A stretch of DNA of 64,000 nucleotides. Origin: Bacteroidales bacterium. Lineage in GTDB: Bacteria; Bacteroidota; Bacteroidia; Bacteroidales; VadinHA17. The stretch spans positions 144,520-208,519 of the forward strand of contig JAXLTU010000002.1 in the NCBI GenBank assembly GCA_046329885.1, read 5' to 3'. Under the pieces are notes generated by a model that had not been told where the DNA came from, did no database searches, and worked only from the letters and a program-made list of their open reading frames with translations. Made by a program: the position numbers and the translations under genes. Below, in pieces: positions 10,213 through 18,300 of the stretch. Within the stretch, counting starts at the first letter, position 1. Each line of letters begins with the position of its first letter.

Positions 10213-11136
10213 ATGGAAGAAACAACAAAATTACCAGCAATGGGGTGGATTCCTGATTTACCTGACATAAGGGACTTCAGCCCGGATACCGCGGAAATTG
10301 ACCTCAAGTTGGCTGACCTGGGAAGGAAAGAATCTATCAATTCCATGTTAATGAGGCTTAAAACAGAAAAACCCAGAAAGGCACCTATTCCCTTACCCGC
10401 CTCAAAAGATCTCAGACCATGGTTCTCTCCTGTCGAAAACCAGTTAACCCTAGGCTCTTGCACAGCAAATGCCGGTGTTGGTCTCGTGGAGTATTTCGAG
10501 AGACGTGCCTACGGGAAACACATTGATGCTTCGCGGATCTTTCTTTACAAAGTGACCAGGGACCTCTTAAAGTGGACCGGAGACAGGGGAGCATATTTAA
10601 GGACCACGATGAAAGCCCTGACTCTCTTTGGTGTTCCTCCCGAGGAATATTGCCCGTACGTTGTAGCCGATTTTGACATTGAACCATCGGCCTTTCTTTA
10701 TGCCTTCGCGCAAAACTACCAGGCCATAACTTATTACAGGCTTGACCCACCGGGTTCTGTCGACAAAAATGCACTATTGCTCCGGATTAAAACTCACCTG
10801 TCGATGAACCTTCCTTCAATGTTCGGTTTCACCGTTTACACCTCTATCAACCAGGCCAATCAAACCGGCAAAATCCCGTTCCCATTCACTGGAGACAGAG
10901 TTGCGGGTGGACACGCCATAGTTGCAGCTGGTTATGACGACAATGTAAGGATTAAGCATTCAGGTACTGGTGCCCCAGAGTACAAGGGCGCTCTGTTAAT
11001 AAGGAATTCATGGGGAACAGGGTGGGGTGATAACGGTTACGGGTGGTTACCATACGAATACGTACTCAAAGGACTTGCAACTGACTGGTGGTCTCTTTTA
11101 AAAAGCGAATGGATTGACACGGGGAATTTTAACTAG
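10213..11136 (+). CDS. Papain-like cysteine peptidase (MEROPS C1 family); no signal peptide
   Basis: Catalytic motifs NQLTLGSCTANA (Gln/Cys), GGHAIVAAGYDD (His) and IRNSWGTGWGDNGYGWLPYEY (Asn/Trp). The N-terminal GWIPDLPDIRDF is typical of bacterial C1 homologues. Confidence 0.85.
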   Translation: MEETTKLPAMGWIPDLPDIRDFSPDTAEIDLKLADLGRKESINSMLMRLKTEKPRKAPIPLPASKDLRPWFSPVENQLTLGSCTANAGVGLVEYFERRAYGKHIDASRIFLYKVTRDLLKWTGDRGAYLRTTMKALTLFGVPPEEYCPYVVADFDIEPSAFLYAFAQNYQAITYYRLDPPGSVDKNALLLRIKTHLSMNLPSMFGFTVYTSINQANQTGKIPFPFTGDRVAGGHAIVAAGYDDNVRIKHSGTGAPEYKGALLIRNSWGTGWGDNGYGWLPYEYVLKGLATDWWSLLKSEWIDTGNFN

Positions 11137-11176
11137 CCCGTGATCCTTCAACCGCGAGCCATCAGAATAGGCTAAC

Positions 11177-11213
11177 GAGGCCGGCATCAGATACCGGCCT
11201 CATTTTTGTATTT
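11177..11213 (+). terminator. Rho-independent terminator after the C1 peptidase gene
   Basis: GAGGCCGG (11177-84), a 9-nt loop, CCGGCCTC (11194-201), then ATTTTTGTATTT. Confidence 0.6.
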
Positions 11214-11283
11214 GGAAAGAATGCCTGGTCTTGATAAATATCACTACCACGCGTGTAAAATCCTGAAGGATTTTCAGTTTACA

Positions 11284-11952
11284 CTATTTAAGCTTGTGGT
11301 AGATACCTTTCCATATATCTTTCCCTCTTTTATTCTTACCAGCCTCAACGTAACCAGACTTCTGAAGTAATAAAAGTATTTCATTCACTTTATCCTGATC
11401 ATTAATGGTATCTTCTGATATTCCTGGCACTGTACGATAACTATAAGTTGTATTTAATACTGCATTAGCCACTTTTTGAATTGAAATTGCATCAATATTA
11501 GTTGAGGTCTTCGCGATTACATCCTGAACTACTTCATCAATATCGTCAATCTCGACATTCTGCATCTCAACATCTTCCACGGCTTTCTTTGCCTCTTCAA
11601 CCTTTTTATCGATTGTTTCCGTCTTTTTCTCTATATTATTAATCTTGTCGTACAAATCCTCGAGAAACCTCTTTGAAAAATAAGAGGCCAGTACGCATAA
11701 ACCGGCTATAATCAGGTAGTTTTTGACGGGCATCGTATCAGTTATTGTCAAGAGATCATTCGGTAAAACCTGGAGAAATAAAGGCACTGTTATCGATGCA
11801 CACAGACCCATGAGTATGCATTTAATCTTCAGCATCCTGGTTTCACCAATTGGAATCTCGGGGTTCCAGATAAGATAGTAGTTTGTAATTCCTCCCAGCA
11901 AACCAGCCAGGAGAATTATCAGGATGATAAGAACTACGGGCAATGGAGACAT
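11284..11952 (-). CDS. 3-TM membrane protein with acidic coiled coil and a small C-terminal winged-helix-like domain
   Basis: Three N-terminal hydrophobic helices, a central E/K/D-rich heptad region, and the C-terminal segment KVNEILLLLQKSGYVEAGKNKRGKDIW. Confidence 0.55.
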   Translation of the reverse strand: MSPLPVVLIILIILLAGLLGGITNYYLIWNPEIPIGETRMLKIKCILMGLCASITVPLFLQVLPNDLLTITDTMPVKNYLIIAGLCVLASYFSKRFLEDLYDKINNIEKKTETIDKKVEEAKKAVEDVEMQNVEIDDIDEVVQDVIAKTSTNIDAISIQKVANAVLNTTYSYRTVPGISEDTINDQDKVNEILLLLQKSGYVEAGKNKRGKDIWKGIYHKLK

Positions 11953-12030
11953 GGTTTTAGTTTTTGATTTCTGACTGAAGAATAATTATGCAAATATCCG
12001 GGTGCCAAAATAATGTTCAAAGAATATGAC

Positions 12031-12088
12031 AGGAAATGGAGGGAAAAAAAGGGAAATATCGGGCAAAAACGGGAACATGGTTTTTCCC
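12031..12088. repeat. Five tandem 10-bp phased repeats (GGGAAA-N4) plus an inverted TTTTTCCC, in a divergent promoter region
   Basis: AGGAAATGGA GGGAAAAAAA GGGAAATATC GGGCAAAAAC GGGAACATGG at 12031-12080, then TTTTTCCC at 12081-88, which is the reverse complement of GGGAAAAA at 12041-48. Confidence 0.6.
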
Positions 12089-12146
12089 TGATCATTGTTG
12101 AGTAAGGATTTACGAATTGTGCCGGTACACGGTGTTAGTTGCTCTG

Positions 12147-12178
12147 ATTGACAAGCGCGTGGCGAAAGCTTAACTTTG
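12147..12178 (+). promoter_or_regulatory. Candidate Bacteroidota-type promoter for the EEP nuclease gene
   Basis: TAACTTTG at 12171-78 fits the TAnnTTTG -7 consensus and lies 38 nt before the ATG. A weak aTTG lies about 21 nt upstream of it. Confidence 0.3.
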
Positions 12179-12215
12179 TAATATACTGACAAGTAAAATT
12201 TAAAAAACATAAATT

Positions 12216-13271
12216 ATGGCAGGAAAGATCAAGATTGCAACGTTTAACTGTGAAAACCTTTTTAACAGGATAACTATATTCCGGGAAAGTGAGCAGAAAG
12301 CTCACGAACTACTTGAAGCCGTAGACAAACTCAATGCCGAACTAAAGAAACCCGTCTTCGACCAGGCCGAGATAGCCAGGCTCAAAACCATACTCAAAGG
12401 TTTTGCATCGATTAATGACATTAAGAATAAACACACTACAGCGGGTATAGGTGCGAGAGAATGGTTTGGGTGGATTGAGTATAACCAGCAACCTGCAGAA
12501 GATGCTTCAATTCAGAATCTGGCCAGGGTAATAGCTGAAACAGATGCTGACATCATATGTCTGATCGAGGTTGAAAACAGGACTGTTTTGCAGAAATTCC
12601 ATGATGACATACTCTACAAGCATTACTTGAAACCCTTCGGGAAAAGAAAATATGAACATATTATGCTGATAGATGCCAACGACCCCAGGGGAATTGATGT
12701 AAGCCTCATGTCCAGATTACCAATTATTTCAATGAAAAGCTACCTAGATGACACGACTTCTTACCTTGGAAAGATCACCAAGACTTTTTCCCGGGATTGT
12801 CTGCATGTGACGCTTGACATTGGTGCGGATAGACCATTGAATCTTTTCATCAATCATTTAAAATCGCAGGGATACTCCGGAGAAGGAGATCCTGGAGGAA
12901 ATATCCGGAGAGAGGGTCAGGCTAAAAGGGTTGCAGAAATAATTAATACTCTTGATCTCCAAAATGATCTTGTCATCGTTGCCGGTGATTTGAATTGCGA
13001 TCCATCAAATAATTCCCTGGCGCCTCTCCTGAACCGATCCGACTTGTTCAACCTGAATATGAAACTTCCACCGGATGAAAGAGGGACTTACCTTACAGGA
13101 AAGAAACAATTGGATTATCTGATTGTTACAAAACCACTTGAAAAAAGAATGACCCAACTGAAAGTCATAAAGAGAGGCATTTTTAAATACCCTGATCACT
13201 ACCCAACTGTAACGGATAAAGTATCTCAGGCCTCCGATCATGCCGCTGTTGTAGCCGAGTTTGATTTTTAA
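12216..13271 (+). CDS. Endonuclease/exonuclease/phosphatase (EEP) family protein, NucH/ExeM-like nuclease fold; no signal peptide
   Basis: Motifs KIATFNCENLF, DADIICLIEVEN, INHLKS, VAGDLNCDP and SDHAAVVAEFDF. Confidence 0.85.
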   Translation: MAGKIKIATFNCENLFNRITIFRESEQKAHELLEAVDKLNAELKKPVFDQAEIARLKTILKGFASINDIKNKHTTAGIGAREWFGWIEYNQQPAEDASIQNLARVIAETDADIICLIEVENRTVLQKFHDDILYKHYLKPFGKRKYEHIMLIDANDPRGIDVSLMSRLPIISMKSYLDDTTSYLGKITKTFSRDCLHVTLDIGADRPLNLFINHLKSQGYSGEGDPGGNIRREGQAKRVAEIINTLDLQNDLVIVAGDLNCDPSNNSLAPLLNRSDLFNLNMKLPPDERGTYLTGKKQLDYLIVTKPLEKRMTQLKVIKRGIFKYPDHYPTVTDKVSQASDHAAVVAEFDF

Positions 13272-13287
13272 TCTTAAATCTTGCAAT

Positions 13288-13800
13288 ATGGACTCCAAAT
13301 TAATCGTGATTCTGATCGTTTGTGTAATCCTTGGTACTGGTATTGTAGTAACAGGGTGCATTAAAGTCCTGGGCAAAAACGGGTCACTTGATATGAAAGC
13401 CGCGCTCTTTATCCTGGTGGGATTTGTTTTCGTTTGTCTACCTGTTGCAACTTCAATAGGTATTGAATGGGGCGATTTTAAACTTTTCGTGAATACAACC
13501 TCTAAACAGGTTGAGAAAATGCAGAAAACCCTTGACTCTCTATCAGTTGTTAATAGCGACCTCAGTCAACAACTAGCCAGGTTAAACACTGACCTAAATA
13601 ACTACAGGCAGATGGCAAGTGACCCTCATGTATCACCCATTCAACGAGCAAGGGCCCTACAGGAAATCTCGTCAAGTTTAGTTGAGATTGATACAAAGGT
13701 CAACAACCTGGGAGCCTCAATCAGGTCTACAGTAAATAAAAACAATGACCTTCAAAAGGAAACCGTCAAATTCAAATCAAAAAGCTGGTTTAGGAATTAG
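13288..13800 (+). CDS. 2-TM membrane protein with C-terminal coiled coil
   Basis: The ATG at 13288 is preferred because the track start at 13261 is a TTG. Two hydrophobic helices are followed by a heptad-rich region (LDSLSVVNSDLSQQLARLNTDLNNYRQ). It starts 16 nt after the EEP gene stop. Confidence 0.55.
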   Translation: MDSKLIVILIVCVILGTGIVVTGCIKVLGKNGSLDMKAALFILVGFVFVCLPVATSIGIEWGDFKLFVNTTSKQVEKMQKTLDSLSVVNSDLSQQLARLNTDLNNYRQMASDPHVSPIQRARALQEISSSLVEIDTKVNNLGASIRSTVNKNNDLQKETVKFKSKSWFRN

Positions 13801-13955
13801 ACAGGGTAGCGCTGATTGTAAAGGGTATAATCATTTTATTTGATCGAGGTTTTTCCTTCCTGATCTACCTGGAAAACTCCTCGTTTAATGAACAAAAAAC
13901 AAAATACTTGGTTTATATTTTGATAACCAAAATATTAACCTTTACATTTCCCCTT

Positions 13956-14555
13956 ATGAAAAAGAAACTTTCTATTCTTTTCCTGACCGTGTTGACAGTA
14001 ATGCTTTCTTTTCCGGTAATCGCCCAGGAGCATGCCATTACATGGTCAGTCGTTGCAGGGCTTAGCAAATCCAGCATCGTTGGTGAAAGTGAAAGCTGGA
14101 AGGACCCGCTTGGAGGTCAGATCGGCGTTTATGCTTCACTCTCCAATTTCAGCGAATCGATGAGTCTCAAACTCGAGGCCAATCTCTCCATGCAGGGTGC
14201 CAAATGGGAGGAGAACATTGATGGCTATATTTCTAAAGGAAGAACGAACCTGCTTTACCTTAATATGCCTCTTGTTGTCCGTTACAGGCATAGCAAAGGA
14301 TATTTCGCGGAAGTTGGCCTTCAGCCAGGATTTCTCCTCGCCGCCAAGGACAAGTACGACGGTGGATCTGATAATTACATGGACTTCATGAAAAAGTTTG
14401 ATTTCAGCGTTCCTGTCGGAATCGGTTATGAATTCAGGAAAAAATACGCCGTGGGTATAAGAGTCATACCCGGACTCACCAACGTCAATTCTGATGGTTC
14501 AGCGAAAGACAGGAACTTTGTCGCTGCACTCAGGTTTGCTTACACCATCGAGTAA
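13956..14555 (+). CDS. Small outer-membrane beta-barrel protein (porin-family / OMP_b-brl_2-like)
   Basis: The ATG at 13956 gives the signal peptide MKKKLSILFLTVLTVMLSFPVIAQ. The sequence has an alternating beta-strand pattern and the terminal RFAYTIE. Confidence 0.7.
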   Translation: MKKKLSILFLTVLTVMLSFPVIAQEHAITWSVVAGLSKSSIVGESESWKDPLGGQIGVYASLSNFSESMSLKLEANLSMQGAKWEENIDGYISKGRTNLLYLNMPLVVRYRHSKGYFAEVGLQPGFLLAAKDKYDGGSDNYMDFMKKFDFSVPVGIGYEFRKKYAVGIRVIPGLTNVNSDGSAKDRNFVAALRFAYTIE

Positions 14556-14684
14556 AGAAGCCCTGGTATACTTGTTCACCAGTCAGTCTGATTCAAGTGG
14601 ATGTCTGATTAATGCTGTGACCGGTGAAACATATTTTTACCAGTTGAATAGCTTTTAAGGTAAAACAGGATAACAAAATATATT

Positions 14685-15134
14685 ATGAAAATTGAAAAAA
14701 GCATAGTAATAAACAGGGACTCAATGGACCTTTACAATTATCTCAGGATCACCAGGAACCAGGATAATTTTTCGACCTGGAACATGGCTGATCCCGCGAA
14801 GAAGACAACTTCAAAAGGAACGGATGGCACTGTCGGATTCGTTTATAGCTGGGACAGCACTGACAAGAATGTTGGAGCAGGTGAGCAGGAACTGACTGGC
14901 CTTACCGAGGGCAAAAGAATTGATTATGATATAAGATTCTTCAGACCAATGAAGAACGTTGCCAAGGCAAGTTTCATCATTTCCGGGGAAAGTGGAAAGA
15001 ACTCAAACGTCACTTGGTCCTTCGATAGTCCAAGTAAATTCCCATTCTCCCTGCTCACCCCAATTTTTAAAAAGATGCTTGGTAAAGACATGGCTAAAAG
15101 CCTGGATAACCTGAAATCCCTCATGGAAAAATAA
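14685..15134 (+). CDS. SRPBCC-superfamily (START/polyketide-cyclase-like) protein
   Basis: 149 aa. The size and pattern (MKIEKSIVINRD...YNYL...W) are typical of SRPBCC family proteins. Confidence 0.65.
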   Translation: MKIEKSIVINRDSMDLYNYLRITRNQDNFSTWNMADPAKKTTSKGTDGTVGFVYSWDSTDKNVGAGEQELTGLTEGKRIDYDIRFFRPMKNVAKASFIISGESGKNSNVTWSFDSPSKFPFSLLTPIFKKMLGKDMAKSLDNLKSLMEK

Positions 15135-15144
15135 GGTATCCTGC

Positions 15145-15208
15145 AAACAGACAGTGAAGCAGCTTTTAACCCTTTATGCTGCTTCACTATCATTTTTACT
15201 GTCTGTTT
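15145..15208 (+). terminator. Long interrupted hairpin after the SRPBCC gene (probable terminator)
   Basis: AAACAGACAGTGAAGCAGC (15145-63), a 14-nt loop, GCTGCTTCACT (15178-88), the bulge ATCATTTTT, then ACTGTCTGTTT (15198-208). Both arm segments are perfect complements. Confidence 0.55.
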
Positions 15209-15255
15209 TCTGCTTTCTCCTTTTTCCTTTTTACTTTTTCCTTTCTCCTTTCTCC
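15193..15255 (+). repeat. Heptanucleotide-phased pyrimidine array (9 units)
   Basis: TTTTTAC TGTCTGT TTTCTGC TTTCTCC TTTTTCC TTTTTAC TTTTTCC TTTCTCC TTTCTCC. Confidence 0.7.
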
Positions 15256-15354
15256 TACCAGATACCTGAAATTCTACCGTTTTGGCCAGAATTGATTACC
15301 TCCGGTGAAGGAAATATATAGGAAATTAAAGCCGGCACTGCATCACCAGGAGAA

Positions 15355-18300
15355 TCAGTAACTCCTGATCATTTTCACCAGGTCTGCCCTCCTGATTGGT
15401 TTCGAGATATAATCGTTGCACCCAGCCTGCAGGGCTATCTCTTTATCCCTGCCAAAGGCATAAGCAGTCTGCGCGAGAATGGGAATTCCCGTATTGAATT
15501 CCCTGATCCGCTTTGTTGCTTCCAGTCCTGACATTCCTGGCAGCTTGATATCCATCAATATCAAATCGACCCCGCCAACCTCTTTCATGAATTTCACGGC
15601 CTCGCTCCCGTCTGTAATATGTAATACCTTGTGATTTTCGGATGTGAGAATTTTCTCGAGGACCATGTAACTTGCCTTGTCATCTTCAACCACCAGAATA
15701 GTCTTTCCCTTTGCCTGCATATTCTGAGCCGGGGAGGAGCTTTCCTTTTTGGTCACTATTTCCTGTGAACCAAGATATGGAAGGGAGAAGTAGAAAGTAC
15801 TTCCTTTACCATCTTCTGAATCGACCCAGATTTTCCCACCCAGCATCTCCACGTAAGCTTTCACTATCGCGAGACCGAGACCCGAACCTTCATGCAGCCT
15901 GTTAGGAGTGATATCGCCCTGGATGAAACGTTCGAATATTTTATCCTTGTATTCAGAGGATATCCCGGGGCCCGTGTCTGAAACAAAGAATAGCAGCGTG
16001 TCACCAGCCTTCCTGTTACCAAACTCAATATATCCTGTAGATGTAAATTTAACGGCGTTCTTAAGTAGGTTTGACAATATGCTTTCGAGTTTGCTCCGGT
16101 CTGTCTGCATTATTGCCTCCTGACCCTCGAGATGGTCAGCCAGCATGAGTCCAATGCCCTTCGATTCAGCCTGTTGTCTGAAGAAAGAATGATAATACCT
16201 CATGAGGTTTTCTGTATCAACCTCCGATATGTAAGTATTCAGTTCACCAGCTTCAATCTTCGAGATTTCAATTATGTCATTCAGGGTATTGAGTAACCTG
16301 TTTCCGCTCTGCGTGACAATCCCGATATATTCCGTTTTATTTTCTTCCGAAAGATCTGGTTCTTTAAGCAGTTCCAGGAAACCTATGATGCCATTCATGG
16401 GGGTCCTGATCTCGTGACTCATGTTGGTCAGGAACGCTGTCTTGAGTCTGTCGCTCTCCTCTGCTTTCTCCTTGGCTATTACAAGTTTCTTCTCATTATC
16501 AATTCTTTCAAGCACATTCACGAGAGTTTGTGCGTAAACCTGCAAAAGCTGGCTTTCCACATCTGTATAGTCGTGGTATTCCAACACGGAGTCAAAGCCG
16601 ACGAATCCTATACACTCTCCACCCTTGAGGAATGGGATTGTAAGGAAGCTCTTCACATCCTGCATCTCGAGCAAGGCTCTCAGGGTACTGTCAGCAATTG
16701 TTTTTACATTATCATTTTTAACAGTCTCTCCCTTCTTGTGATGCTCGACCCAGGAAAGGAAACTATCCAGTGATGCTTTCTGGAATTTGTCTATTTGTGC
16801 CGATATTCCTGGCCTGCACCATTCGATAGTATTTGTCGCGGTCATACCGACGAAATCATATTCAAAAACGTAAGCCCTGTCAGCGCCGACGAACTCTCCA
16901 ATCCTTGCCAGCGAATCTTGGATTGCCGGTCTTATATCAGCCACGGGCAGATTGATAAAACCTGAAGACAATTCCACGAGTATTTTTCTTGCTTTGGACT
17001 GGTACCTCAGCTGATTCTGCGCGATAGTCTTCTCGGTCACGTCCTTCCCATATAAAGCGGCACCGACAACGCCTCCATCAACTATGATGGGATTCATTGC
17101 AACCTCTATGTAAATAATCGTGTCTCCCAGAACGAGCTTGTCCTCGAACAGGAAATGCTCATTCCTGAAAGCCCTGTCGTACCTGTCTTTCCAGATAACC
17201 CTGAGGTTTTCAGGCAGCGCATCGAGGATGTTGAGTCCCACCTTCAATTCCACACCGAAAGTAGCCAGGAATGCCCGGACGAAAACTTCATTCACGTATT
17301 CAATCTCGTAAGACGTATTTACAGACCATATGTTCTCGAGAGTGTTTTCAATTATTGCTTTTAAATTGGCCTCACTTTTAAGAAGCTTTTTCTCAGCGCT
17401 TCGTTTCCCGGTCACATCTCTGGCCGTACCTACTGTTCCGATTATGTTACCATTATCATCTTCCAGAGGGGTCTTGACAACATCGAGGTACAGAAACTTC
17501 CCTTTAATGTTTCCATACTCGTCAAACTGGCAGGTAACACCTTTCCTGATCGTTTCCTGATCCGAGTCAATGCAATTAGCCCCGAAAGTATGCCATTCAG
17601 GGTCATCGGAGTGTGACTCAATTTGTCTCTTTGTGAAAAACAAATCCGTTTTACCTATCGGTTCCGATGTGTCAACAGCACCGAGAAGGTTACTGCATAC
17701 CGAGTTATTTGCAAAGAGATACCTCCCGTTTATATCTTTTGCCCAAACCATATCAGGTATAATATCAGCCATGTTCCTGAATAGAGCCTGCAGGTTCTTG
17801 TACGATTGCTCACTTTCCCTGATCCTGATCTCGTATTCCTTGCGGTCTGTTATGTCCTGAAAGGTACCAACAAGCCGCTGGCATGTCCCGTTCACGAAAA
17901 CCGGCTTAGCTATATTCCTGACGTGATGTTCCCTCCCGTCAAAGGCAATAACGATAAACTCCTGATCAAATGAGACTCCATTGAGCCTGGCGTTTTCAAC
18001 ACATTCATAAATCCTGTCCCGGCTGTCGCCTTCCTTGTAATACGTGAGAAGATCCTCGATCCTCGGGACAAAATCAAGCGGGACACTCATTATCTTCTTC
18101 GTGACAACTGACCAGTTTACAGTGCCCTTAACGAAATCAACCTCCCATGCTCCGACCTTTGCCATCATTCCGGTTTCCAGAAGAAGATCGTTTGCCCTCA
18201 CCAGTTCTTCTTCAGCCTTTTGTCGTTCAGATATATCCCTCGACAGACCCTGAATTCCGATGGGTTTACCCTCACTATCCCGGATAAAGGTCATCATGTT

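Noticed and set aside
11986-12210. A 74-aa minus-strand ORF covering the divergent intergenic region.
   Set aside because: It spans the phased GGGAAA repeats, which give the FFPPFP strings, and the candidate promoter. Its composition is implausible for a real protein.
7003-13800. Calling the accessory block a mobile genetic element.
   Set aside because: I could identify no integrase, transposase, relaxase, tRNA target or flanking direct repeats by eye. Only composition and gene content hint at acquisition.
13908-13955. N-terminal extensions produced by non-ATG (TTG) starts in the ORF track. These occur at 1373, 13261, 13908, 29318, 30221, 51580 and 63905. Possible similar extensions lie at 37014, 31253 and 50864, where I did not verify the start codon.
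   Set aside because: In each case an internal ATG yields a canonical signal peptide, lipobox or conserved N-terminus. I used the internal start. The exact start sites remain unverified.
15193-15255. The heptamer arrays (also at 24634-25260 and 44031-44079) as possible CRISPR arrays.
   Set aside because: The units are 7 nt, contiguous and without spacers. There are no 24-48-nt repeats and no cas genes in the window.
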